From NCBI GenBank assembly GCA_030390025.1, contig JASTWF010000180.1, positions 186,001-250,000 on the forward strand: 64,000 nt of DNA. The letters are read 5' to 3'. The position numbers and the translations under genes are program-made. The notes under the pieces were generated by a model that saw nothing but the letters and a program-made list of their open reading frames with translations, ran no database searches and had not been told where the DNA came from. This document shows, one piece after another, positions 24,628 to 35,481 of this stretch. The DNA comes from Squalus acanthias. Lineage: Eukaryota. Each line of letters opens with the position of its first letter. The first letter of the stretch is position 1.

Positions 24628-25682
24628 TGAAACTGTGAGCGGCCCGGTGTGAGCTCAGAGACAGTGTGAGCTGGTGTCAGTGAGAAACACTGAGTGTGAG
24701 CGGCCCCGTGTGAGCTCAGAGACAATGTGAGCTGGAGTCAGTGAGAAACACTGAGTGTGAGCGGCCCGGTGTGAGCCCAGAGACAGTGTGAGCTGGTGTC
24801 AGTGAGAAACACTGAGTGTGAGCGGCCCCGTGTGAGCTCAGAGACAATGTGAGCTGGTGTAAGTGAGAAACATTGAGTGTGAGCGTCCCGGTGTGAGCTC
24901 AGAGACAGTGTGAGCTGGTGTCAGTGAGAAACACTGACTGTGGTCGGACCGGTGTGAGCTCAGAGACAGTGTGAGCTGGTGTCAGTGAGACCACATTTGG
25001 AATATTGTGTGCAGTTCTGGTCACCTCACTATAGGAAGGACGTGGAAGCATTGGAAAGAGTGCAAAGGAGATTTACCAGGATGCTGCCTGGTTTGGGGGG
25101 GAGGTCTTATGAAGAAAGATTGAGGGAGTTGGGGCTTTTCTCTTTAGAGCGGAGGAGGATGAGAGGCGACTTAATAGAGGTTTATAAGATGATGAGGGGG
25201 ATAGATAGAGTGGATGTTCAGAGACTATTTCCTCGGGTAGAGTCAGCTGTTACAAGGGGGCATAGCTATAAGGTGCATGGGGGGGAGATATAGAAGGAAT
25301 GTCCGAGGTAGATTCTTTACTCAGAGAGTGGTTGGGGTGTGGAATGGACTGCCTGCTGTGATAGTGGAGTCGGACACTTTAGGAACTTTCAAGCGGTTAT
25401 TGGATAAGCACATGGAGCACACCAGAGTGACAGGGAGTGTGATAGCTTGATCTTGGTCTCGGACAATGCTCGGCACAACATCGAGGGCCGAAGGGCCTGT
25501 ACTGTGCTGTACTGTTCTATGTTCTATGTTCTATGTGTCAGTGAAACACTGAGTGTGGGAGGCCCGGTATGTGTTCAGAGACAGTGTGAGCTGGTGTCAG
25601 TGAGAAATACTGAGTGTGGGAGGCCCGGTGTGAGCTCAGAGACAGTGTGTGCTGGTGTTAGTGATAAACACTGAGTGTGGGC
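24628..25682. repeat. 61-bp tandem repeat upstream of family-F V (about 6 + 2 copies), split by a CR1 insertion
   Basis: Unit GTGTGAGCGGCCCGGTGTGAGCTCAGAGACAGTGTGAGCTGGTGTCAGTGAGAAACACTGA; period 61 from positions 24661, 24722 and 24783; two copies also at about 49785-49910. Confidence 0.88.
24989..25534 (+). mobile_element. 5'-truncated CR1 with intact 3' tail and target-site duplication
   Basis: RPHLEYCVQFWSPHYRKD...; (GTTCTAT)n tail; TSD GTGTCAGTGA at 24979-24988 and 25535-25544. Confidence 0.92.
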
Positions 25683-25860
25683 GTCCCGGGCTGGGTAATC
25701 CCCGAGACTGAGCTTGTTTCGTAAGTTAGACAGGAAGAAGTCTCTGAGTGAAGCGGGAGTTTGTCTCTTTGTTAATGCTGCTGAATATAATATCGGTGTC
25801 CTGGCTCTAACCAAACCTTCGTGTGAAACATTTTCAGCCTCCTATTCATCTGATCGGATA

Positions 25861-26194
25861 ATGCTCCGGATTTACAGAGTTTCACTGCTGATTTACACTC
25901 TGATCTGCACGGATGTGAGCGGTGAAGGTGAGGTGACGCAGCTCCCTCGGCGGGTGGTTGTTCGTGAAGAGAGAATCGTGTCCAACAACTGCACCACTAT
26001 CGCTGCGTTTAGCGTCGTGCGCTGGTACAGACAGAACCAGGATCAGACCCTCCAGCACCTGGTGATGGCCACAAGCGGGGCCGATCAACACGGGAGGATC
26101 ACTGCTTCAATCGGGGGAGGCAATAAACTCAGTGCCCTGACTGTGAGAGCCGCGCGAGTGACAGACAGCGCCACCTATCTCTGCGCCGTGAGCC
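25861..26194 (+). CDS. TRAV: TCR alpha-type V segment, family F copy F1; single exon with leader fused to V; apparently functional
   Basis: Continuous ORF MLRIYRVSLLIYTLICTDVSG-EGEVTQ...NC...WYRQ...DSATYLCAVS followed by a canonical 23-RSS. Confidence 0.85.
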
Positions 26195-26233
26195 CACAGT
26201 GCAACAAACAGGCGGTGAGTCCGCACAGAAACC
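26195..26233 (+). other. 23-RSS of F1
   Basis: CACAGTG + 23 nt + ACAGAAACC. Confidence 0.95.
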
Positions 26234-26309
26234 TGCCCCGAGGGGGAGCGCCGCTCTGCTGTGTTTGGAATAACGGGATTGGTAGGGGACCGGCTATAAT
26301 AAATGGCGG

Positions 26310-26595
26310 GTAGAGGGAAAGAACACAGAAAAATTAAGAAATATAGAAGATAAAGATTTGAAGAAAGTCAGAAATGAATAGAGTTGGAAAAAATACAATA
26401 GAAAAGAATGAGAAAACGAAAGAAAGAATGAGAGAGAGAAGGAGAAAAAGCAGTGTAATAATGAGAGTGTAAAGGAGAGCAAATTAGGAAAGATGGGAAA
26501 GAGAGATAAAAGAAAGTGAGAAATAACGAGCGAGAAACACAAAGCTAAAAGGTAAGAGAAAACAATAAAGAAAGAGATTGAAAAATACAGTAAAA
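26310..26595. repeat. A/G-rich low-complexity tract
   Basis: Nearly pure purine GA/AAAG-rich sequence. Confidence 0.8.
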
Positions 26596-26839
26596 TGCCC
26601 TTTCATTTAAACTCATTCATATTTCCTTCCCCCTATGTACACGGCTGGATTGTCTATCACGTCTCTCCCAATAACAGGCCGCTGGAATCTTCCCCTCAGA
26701 GACTCACACTTTATTCTGTCCATTATCCTGACAGTTTAAAATTCTCAGAGTCAGCGCCAGAGGCGCCGTGGTCACTTGATTTCCGCCGTTCTTAGCTGGA
26801 AATTATAGAGACAAATCTTGCGGTAACACTGCCCGCGGC

Positions 26840-26945
26840 CGCCCCGCCCACAGCTTCCGTTTGCTGCTCACGCTCTGACTCGCCTTGCCTGCACTGTGCT
26901 ATTGGAGAGATTGCTGCCGCTGTTCCTTCTTCGGTATTGGTTGGA
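26840..26945 (+). promoter_or_regulatory. Family-D/E promoter module: GC box, ETS site, two inverted CCAAT boxes
   Basis: CCCCGCCC, CTTCCG and ATTGG x2 upstream of the leader; same module in inverted orientation at about 3420-3520, 15670-15780, 23410-23535 and 56800-56910. Confidence 0.55.
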
Positions 26946-27030
26946 TCAGCAGTGCAGTGGGGCGGGGATCTGTATTTCTTCTCTGACAGAGGATATCCCG
27001 GACTACAGAGTTACAGACTCAGGGAGCATC

Positions 27031-27529
27031 ATGCGGAACCGACTCGCACCGCTCCTCATCGTTATATCACTTCTCAGTAAGTATTTCCTCACCAGTAAAA
27101 ATACATTTTTTCCCCTGACTTCTGTAACCCAGATGTTGCTATTGGTAAAATGATGATGATTCTGTTGATTGAGGTGCTGGTGTTGATAGTGATGATGATT
27201 ATGACTATTACTATTTTTTATGTTAGAATGGAGCCACCAAGACACCATGGAACAGCCTGTACCTGAATTGACGGTTGAGGAGGAAAGTCATGTCACACTA
27301 ACCTGCACCTTGGAAGCAAGCGACAGAAGCCATTACTTGTTCTGGTACAGTCAACAACCCGGGAAGCTTCCACAGTACGTGATTCGTCTGATCGGAGGGA
27401 TAGTAAAGCGGAACCCCGACTTCACTGATCGATTTAATTCTACGTTTAATGCAAGTACCAAGATTACCGAGCTAACGATCGGCAAAGCCCTGATCTCCGA
27501 CACCGCCGTGTATTTCTGTGCCATGAGCC
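27031..27529 (+). CDS. TRAV/DV: TCR alpha/delta V segment, family D, the only complete copy (leader 27031-27076, V exon 27227-27529)
   Basis: Leader MRNRLAPLLIVISLL; GTAAGT/TTAG intron; open V KWSHQDTMEQ...LTC...WYSQQPG...DTAVYFCAMS; RSS CACAATG-24-ACAAAAACC at 27530-27569. Confidence 0.88.
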
Positions 27530-27700
27530 CACAATGCCACAGAGATATAGAGGATCCCGTACAAAAACCCACACTGAGTGTTCAAGATAGTGCTCACCAG
27601 AGGGCGCTCTCACTCCGCGAAACGGAAGCGATAATTCAGCCTCCACAATGAGAAGCAGAAGGACCTTCTTAAAAGGGCTGCAAAACACAAAACTCAACAT

Positions 27701-27938
27701 GTCACCGCTTTTCATTCTGTCTTGATTCCTGAGCACAGTCGCCAAGTGACAGAATCTCATGACTGAGATCTGAAACCATGTTCAACATTGATCCATCATT
27801 ATCATCATCAACAAAATCACTTTACCAAGAATAACACTTGTGTTACAGCAGTCAGAGGAACAATGGTAAGTTTACTGGCAAAGTAATATCACTGAGGAGT
27901 GATATAATGATGAGGAGCGGAGCGTGTCGGTTCCGCAT
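27701..27938 (-). pseudogene. Inverted family-E V 5' remnant with a D/E-type leader
   Basis: Leader 27893-27938 (MRNRHAPLLIIISLL); after TTTCAG, a decayed DLS..DSVT...GIKTE*KAVT matching the start of the V at 23076. Confidence 0.7.
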
Positions 27939-28082
27939 GATGCTCTATTTGTCTGTAACGCTACAGACCGGGAAATCCTCTGTCGGAGCACAAATGCAGT
28001 ACCTCTGCTGCACTGCACTGCTGGTCACACCAATGACAAACAGAGAACAGCAGCGCCAAACTCTCCAATAACACAGGGCAGC

Positions 28083-28428
28083 CAATGCTATGGGCCCCAA
28101 CAATATCCGGGCTGTTGTCCTGAAGACTTGTGCTCCAGAACTGGCCACGCCTCTTACCAATCTGTTGCAGTACAGCTCCAGCTCTGGCAATTACCCAACA
28201 ATGTAGAAAATTGCCCAGGTATGTCCTGCCCACAAAATGTAGGACAAATCCAATTCGGCCAATTACCACCCCATCAGTCTACTCACTCATCAGCAAAGTG
28301 ATGGAAGGTGTCGTCGGCAGTGCTATCAAGCGGCAGTTACTCATCAATAACCTGCTCATTTATGCTCAGTTTGGTTTCCTCGAGGAATACTCGGCTCGCG
28401 ACCACATTACAGCCTTGTTCCAAACATA
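28083..28428 (+). mobile_element. Internal fragment of the second LINE family (same family as 16628-18090)
   Basis: AMGPNNIRAVVLKTCAPELATPL...KIAQVCP...LISKVMEG...QFGF. Confidence 0.8.
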
Positions 28429-28446
28429 AACTAGAAAAAAAAACTC

Positions 28447-29888
28447 GCCCTGAAAGAGAAAATTTCATTCACTTTGCTTCCAATTTCCACCCTTCCCTCA
28501 CCATCACATGGGCCATCTCCGACTCTTCCCTTCCCTTCCTCGACTTCTCTGTCTCCATCTCCTGGGATTGGCAAACAACCACTACAAGCCCACTGACTCC
28601 CACAGCTACATGGACTACACTTACTCCCACCCCGCTTCCCGTAATGACTCTATTCCATTCTCCCAGTTTCTCTGTCTCCGCCGCATCTGCTCTGACGATG
28701 CCACCTTCCATACTGGTGCTTCCGACATGTCAACCTTTTTTCCTCAACCGAGGATTTCACTCTACTCTGGTTGAAACGGCCCTTGACTGTGACCGTTCTC
28801 TTTCCCGCACTTCTGCTGTCACCCCTTCCCCTCCCTCCCGGAACCACGATTGGGTTCCCCTTGTCCTCACCTTTCAACCCACCGGCCTCCACATTCAACG
28901 GATCAGCCTCTGCCAGTTCCGCCACCTCCAGCGTGATCCCACCACCAAACACATCTTCCCCTCGCCTCCCCTTTCAGCATTCCGACGGGATCGCTCCCTC
29001 CGCGACACCCTAGTCCACTCCTCTATCCCCAACACCCCTTCCGGCAGCTTCCCGTGCAAGCGCAGGAGATGCAACACATGCCCATTTACCTCCACGTTCC
29101 CACTGTCCAGGGGCCCAAACATTCCTTTCAGGTGAATCAGCGATTTACTTGTCCTTCTTATAATTTAATATACTATATTCGCTGCTCACGATGCGCTCTC
29201 CTCTACATTGGGGAGACCAAACGCAGATTGGGTGACCGCTTTGCAGAAAAACCCCGTTCAGTCCGTAAGGGTAACCCCGAGCTTCCGGTCGCCTGTCACT
29301 TTAATTCTCCGCTCCACTCCCACTCTGACTCTCTGTCCTCGGCCTCTTATACTATTCCAATGAAGCTCAACGTAAGCTCGAGGACCAGCACCTCATCTTC
29401 CGATGAGGCATTTTTCAGCCTTCTGGACTCAACATAGAGTTCAACAATTTCAGATCATATCCTCTGCCCCTATCCTTTTGCTCCCATTTTTTCTGTCTCT
29501 CTCCCACATGGCAGCTATCTTTCATTCTGCCAGTGCCATTTGCACTTCATCTAGAGCCATCTTTTGTCTCTTAACTTATCCCATTACCATTTCCTTTTGC
29601 CTTACACCATCTCTTAAACTCTCTTATTGTCTCTTAATCTCTCCTGCCTTCCATCCTATCACAGACCTTCCCTTTTGTTCTTTTCTCCCCTCCCCCCTTT
29701 CCCTGCCCCTACACTTGCTTAAAATTTGTTACAAATCCAGCTTTTTCCAGTTCTGACGAAGGGTCATCGACGTGAAACTTTAACTCTGTTTCTCTCTCCA
29801 CAGATGCTGCCTGACCTGCTGAGTATTTCCAGTATTTTCTGTTTTTATTTCAGATTGCCAGCATTCGCAATATTTTGCTTTTGTATTA
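28447..29888 (+). mobile_element. Penelope-like retroelement, 5'-truncated (RT C-terminus, GIY-YIG endonuclease, terminal region)
   Basis: YKPTDSHSYMDY..SHP, IPFSQFLxLRRICS, CKRRRCNTC, NLIYYIRCSRCALLYIGETKRRLGDRF...PVACHFN; hammerhead-like CTGACGA...GAAAC at about 29753-29778. Confidence 0.9.
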
Positions 29889-30428
29889 AATAATGACCGG
29901 GATTAATCAGCTCCAATCTAGAGGTTTGAGACACAATATCTGGCACACGTTTTATTTCATATATGATCAAAAAACCCCAATCCGCTCAATGGCCTTATTC
30001 TAAATCGGATTGAACAAAATCCGCCATCAGAGGGCGCCAAACTAAAGCATGGTAATTAGAAAGCCACGTGATGCAACACCAAAGCCAGTAACGATCGAAG
30101 CCTGAGTGAGGTCACAATGGGTCCGTGGGTGGAACAATGAGCTGAACAGGCCTCGGGTTACCGCTCTCCTTCTCAATCTCTGCCTCACTTCATTCCAAGA
30201 GATATAATCAGCTATGTTTCTCATAATACTAGCGGCTGTGATGGACACTGAGTGCTGGATTATATTTAACAATCACACGTCAGCAGATTGATGAAAAGAG
30301 TTTGCTCAGGGAATCAGAAATATCCATATAATGGACAGTTGGGTACATGGGAAGTTACTCTCAGAGAGATAGACGCAAGTTTAACTCGATTCTGTATAAC
30401 CTCCTGTTCTTCTGTTCCCCTATCTTAG

Positions 30429-31221
30429 GCGGACTGTATGCAGATCCACTCACTCAGTCTCCGGTGACAATTGCCACGAAACTCAAAAGGTTAGTATGCA
30501 GGTGCAGCAAGTGATTAAGAAGGCAAATGGAATGTTGGCTTTCATTGCTAGGGGGATAGAATATAAAAATAGGGAGGTATTGCTTCAGTTGTACAAGGTA
30601 TTGGTGAGACCGCACCTGGAATACTGCATACAGTTTTGGTGTCCTTACTTAAGGAAAGACATCCTTGCTCTCGAGGCAGTGCAAAAAAGGTTCACTCGGT
30701 TAATCCCGGGGATTAGGGTGTGGTCATATGAGGAGAGGTTGGGTAGATTGGGACTCTACTCATTGGAGTTCAGAAGAATGAGAGGCGATCTTATTGAAAC
30801 ATATAAGATTGTGAAGGGGTTGGATCGGGTGGATGCGGGGAGGATGTTCCCGATGACGGGTGAGACGAGAACTAGTGGACACAGTCTTAGAATAAGGGGC
30901 TGCTCTTTCAAAACTGAGATGAGGAGGAACTACTTCACTCAGAGGGTGGTAGGTCCATGGAATATGCTGCCACAAAAAGCTGTAGAAGCTACAACATTTC
31001 AGCAGGGTGGTCGGTGCAGTTAGATTGCGAATATACAACCCTGGATATTGACCACATGCAATGGTACCGACAGAACCCGGAACAGACTCCAAGCCGGAAA
31101 ATTAGCAAAGTACCACCACTGAAGGGAGTCGAAATCTCAGGACAATATCTGAAGGCTGTTGACAAGTCTAGAAAGCATGGTTACCTCAATATAAATGTTG
31201 GTCTATTACTGTGCAGTGAGG
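30429..31221 (+). pseudogene. Family-C V pseudogene C3, interrupted by CR1
   Basis: DPLTQSPVTIA | CR1 | SAGWSVQLDCEY...WYRQNP...; net 20-nt frameshifting FR3 deletion; RSS CACACCG-23-ACAAAAAGC at 31222-31260. Confidence 0.85.
30477..30995 (+). mobile_element. CR1 internal fragment inserted in the V exon of C3
   Basis: Open RT C-terminal ORF QVQQVIKKANGMLAF...VRPHLEYC...KAVEA; lacks 3'UTR and tail. Confidence 0.9.
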
Positions 31222-32450
31222 CACACCGTCAGATAAAAGCAAAGGCCCCGTACAAAAAGCTCAGCCAGTATTTACAGCTCAATTGGGTCTGGATAGTGAC
31301 AGTTAGCCGGCCTTTGGTGAGCGGCCATCGAGTTAGCGAGGCACCAGTCTCAGTCTTTTTACCAATAACCTGCTGATGGTCTGTATCTCAAACGGGAATA
31401 TTGACTCAAATTCAAACAGATGATATGAGGCGAGGTTACCGGGAACACCTTCAACCGGCCATTGTTTACAACTACTTTCCGATATTTCAAGCGTAACTTT
31501 ACATCCTCCTTCTATCTTTCTGTTATTCATTTTTCCCATCTAAATATCTCTCAAATATATATATAAATATATATCTGTTTGTGTGTGTGTTTGAGAGAGA
31601 TAGAGACAACCACGCAGAGGTGCGCATACACAGGACACTCTGAGCAAATTCCGAGGACAAAACTGCTGCATTATCTCTCTGGACATGATTGCAAACCTTC
31701 TCCAGGACACAGGATAGTTAGCTAAAAATGAGAAATTTATTTTGCTATAGGGAAACAGCAGTTCAGTAGCGCTATTCAAATAGCCGACACAGGCACGATG
31801 GGCCGAGTGGCCTCCTTCTTTGCTGTATGATTTATGGAATGAGCCGATAAGGAAAGTTAAAGAGCCACTAGGGGGCGACTTTGACCCAGGGGGACAGTCA
31901 TCGTGTAGTTTCAGGTTCTGACCACTTGGTGGCTCCGTGGAGTGGAGTTCTGTCGTCTCTCGGTCGCTATTTGCGACGTTAAAATCCTATTTACTCTCCC
32001 CGATAATGCTAAGGGCAGCTCAGTACTGTTAATATAAAATGCCACTGCTACATGCAATGAACTAAATAACTTAGGAAGGGGGTCAATTTCCCTGTTCACT
32101 GAGTGTAGCGAATGGTAAATCCTTCAACGAAGATTTCCTCTGGTCGCTCACTCTAAATGAAGCATAAAGAAATTCAGTTGTTCAAAAAGAATCATTTGCT
32201 GATTTCCCTAGAAATGACGACCAGTTGAATCTCCTTTGAAAATTGCGTATGTTGCTGCACACACATCAGTGACCAGAGCAATTCTCCTGATGTTGTGAAA
32301 TTATCACAAACGGATGTGATATGGTTGCAGAGTCACTACTCTTTCTAAGCTTACCACAGGGTTAAATAGTTCAGCCTGGTCCGGTACTGGTGTCAGTTTT
32401 TGCCACAGTAGTGAAGGGTTCGATGATCATATTGTGACCCCCGGACAGCG

Positions 32451-32894
32451 ATGTGTTTTCCTGTTTATTTCAGTGTAGTGTTGGCGCTCTCTGTGCTGTG
32501 CAATTACATTGTGAATCCGAGTAGAAAACACATCAATAGGTCCGGTTAGATGGGCGGATATTTGTAAATGTTCAATTTTTCTTCCAGCCAACAGCTTTGG
32601 CGGCGAATCCGTGCATCAAGACTATTCGACCAGAACTGTGCGGGAAGGAGAAGCGGTGACGCTGAATTGTAGTTTTACAACAACATATACAAACCCTGGT
32701 CTTTTCTGGGACCGGCAGATTCACGGTCGAGCCCCAGTAAACCTGTTGTTTATCACCAAATACAACACGTTGCCAGGCGACTACGCCAAGGACCGTTTCA
32801 CAGCAGAGCTGAGCGCAGAAGAGAGCGCGGTTCGACTGAGAGTTTCTGGGGCGGAGTTGTCAGACGGCGCCGTGTATTACTGCGCTCTGAGACC
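32451..32894 (+). pseudogene. Family-B V B3, open frame but probably non-functional (leader 32451-32499, V exon 32588-32894)
   Basis: Donor GTAAGT>GCAATT; WYRQ>WDRQ; RSS CACAGCT-22-ACAAAAACT at 32895-32932. Confidence 0.78.
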
Positions 32895-34107
32895 CACAGC
32901 TGCACAGCTCTGCGCCGTCCTGTACAAAAACTGCAGCCCACCGCGTGTAAATAGAACAGTGTGTGGCCGGAATACCCGCCTGTGATGGTCTGATTAGGAC
33001 AGTTACTGTCAGGACAGAATATTCCCATCGGGCAGCTCACAATAGCTCTGAATAGAGGAGTATGGTTTTAGATTTCATTTTCTCTATAATGAGGGATGAA
33101 CAGGAGGAAACCCGCGCAGGTTTAATCGGCCAATGTACCGTGCAATGTGTGTTCAATTTCAAGTTTCCATCTCACTGCCGCTGTGCTTTTTCATTTTCAC
33201 ACCCCTTAAACCGCACAGATGTGTGCAGCTTTGCTTCGGTTTGGGATTATATTCAAAGGGCTTTAAACCTTCCCTTTTCTGAGTGTTGGTTTAATTTCTG
33301 TCGATGTGTGACGGCTCACCGAGAGCAATAATTTCATTCTCCTGTAACATTCGTGTTTACACCGAGGGGTCCGCTCTGTGTGGTAGAATTCTTCTGGTCG
33401 CTGCTTCTAGTGACATAGTGAACGCATTCTAAAAGAATGAATGACGATTCTACTAAACTAGTGATCAGACGAGATTTCCCGCTGTGTTTGGGATGTCGCT
33501 TACGCAGGGAGACCAGAGGAAATCACTCATTGTTTGTCCCCAGCAGAAGTTTAATCAAACCCGACCTCTTGTCAACTACCTCAGTCTGATTACTGACAGT
33601 GAGTGAAACAAAGTGAACATATTCATCTACACTCAAATAGTTTTTAACACTTGGAGGCTACTTTCCTCAGGTCAAGCTTTCTCTCAGGTCAATTAATGAT
33701 CAAGCTGTCTCTTCGGTCAATTGGAGAGCAAACTGTCTCGGGTCCGTTAGAGATCAAGATATCTCTCAGATCAATTATAAATTAAGCTGTCTCTTTTTAT
33801 TAGCATTTCTCGCTCGATCAGCAGAATGTGACGTTAGTGATGACTCAGTTCTCTGCAATAAACACATACTTGTGGTTAAGGGAGATGACGTCAGGCCAGC
33901 CCGAGCCGGCGCTCTCAGCTCTTTCTGATTGAAGTTCTGCAGGAAGTGACGTCAGACCAGCCCCATCCCGTGCTCTCAGTTTTTCTGATTGATGTTCTGC
34001 AGGAAATGAGGTCAGACCAGCCCCAGCCGGCGCTCTCGGCTTTATCTATTTGACGTTCTGCAGGTTTCTGAGACACAAAAACTCCCTCGAATTACGGAGT
34101 AGCAGCC

Positions 34108-35156
34108 ATGCAGCTCTCCTTTCTCGCTGTGGTCTGGCTGACATTCATTTTCGGTAAGAAGTTTATAACTTCTAAAAGGGTTTTATTTCTCGAGGACTAC
34201 AATTGAAAACCAAAGAAGTTGTGGCAGCATTTGGTTAGACAATACTGGTACCGTGAACAGGTCTGGTCTCCATATTATAAAAAAATATATAGCGGCACTG
34301 GCGAAGGATGAAGAAAATTACAAGGATGATACAAGAACTGAGAAATTATAATTATCAGCAAAGACTAAGCAAGCTGGGGCTCTTTTCTTTAGAAAAGAGA
34401 AGGCTGAGATGTGACCTGATAGAGATGTTTAAAATTATAAAGGGATTGATAGGATAGACGTAGAGAATATGTTTTCACTTGTGGGGAATTCCAAAACCAG
34501 CTGCCAGAAATGTAAGAAAATCACAAAAAAATCCAATAGCGAATTCTGGAGAAACCTCGTTACCCAGAGAGTGTTGAGAATATGGAACTCGTTACCACAG
34601 GGGGTGGTTGAGACGAATAGCATAGATACAATTAAGTCGAGGCTGGATAAGTACATGAGGCAGAAAGGAGCAGAAAGATATGCTGATAGGGTTAGATGAA
34701 GGGTGGGTGGGAGTATACACACGGACAGAGAACAGTTTGCCGAATGAGCTATTTCTGTGATGTAAATTATTTTTAATTTTTGTAAAACTCACCGTTAGTT
34801 GGTTCAGTTTGACCCTTTAACCGATTAATTCTGCTTTCTTTAACGTGTGTTCTAGATTTGAGCGATGGAGATTCTGTCACTCAGCGGGAGCCCTCGCTCA
34901 CACAGACAGAGGGAGAAGATGCCACTTTAACCTGCACCTATTCCGCCGCTGGTTACTTATTCTGGTACCGCCAATACCCAGGCAGACAGCCCGAGTTTGC
35001 AGTCAAGAGGAACACGGGCGGCGGTACTGAACATAAGGCGGATTTCGCTCGAGGCCGGTTTTATGATGCAGTCCAGCAGTCAGAGGAGTTGTACCGATTG
35101 ACCATCTCGGGGCTGCGGCTGACTGACACCGCGGTGTATTACTGTGCACTGAGGCT
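34108..35156 (+). CDS. TRAV/DV: TCR alpha/delta V segment A5, apparently functional (leader 34108-34153, V exon 34856-35156)
   Basis: Intact leader and splice sites; open V with CDR1 one codon shorter; RSS CACAGTG-23-ACAATAACT at 35157-35195. Confidence 0.92.
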
Positions 35157-35481
35157 CACAGTGATGGGAATGAGTTGATGCCTCGTACAATAACTGCCGC
35201 AGTTTTCTGGGTCACAGCTGCTGTCTATTGTGGGCTGTTTATCACAGCGGGTCAGACACTGACTCCTGAATACATTCCTGTGCGCGCAGACCCCGAGCAG
35301 AAACCATATAAAACCGTTAACATCGAATACTGGTACCACCTGATTATTGGATTAACTGTGTGAGGGCAGAAATGGCTGCTGTTTATTTGTATATCTCTGG
35401 GAACTCGCCACTCCCATTGAGAATAAACACATCTGCGGGTTACTGGAACTGGTTATATCGATGCACCGCTGCTTCAGATAT

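Noticed and set aside
24628-25682. Regularly spaced repeats resembling a CRISPR array (also the 27-, 28- and 61-bp arrays)
   Set aside because: Head-to-tail repeats without unique spacers, no cas genes, vertebrate context
25714-25860. 49-aa N-terminal extension of the family-F ORF given in the ORF track (also 49908-50090)
   Set aside because: Starts at TTG/GTG under a prokaryotic-style caller; the ATG at 25861 begins a typical signal peptide
26310-26595. Purine-rich tract as the decayed poly(A) tail of a retroposed F1
   Set aside because: No TSD pair or clear poly(A) signal could be identified; low-complexity sequence alone is not evidence
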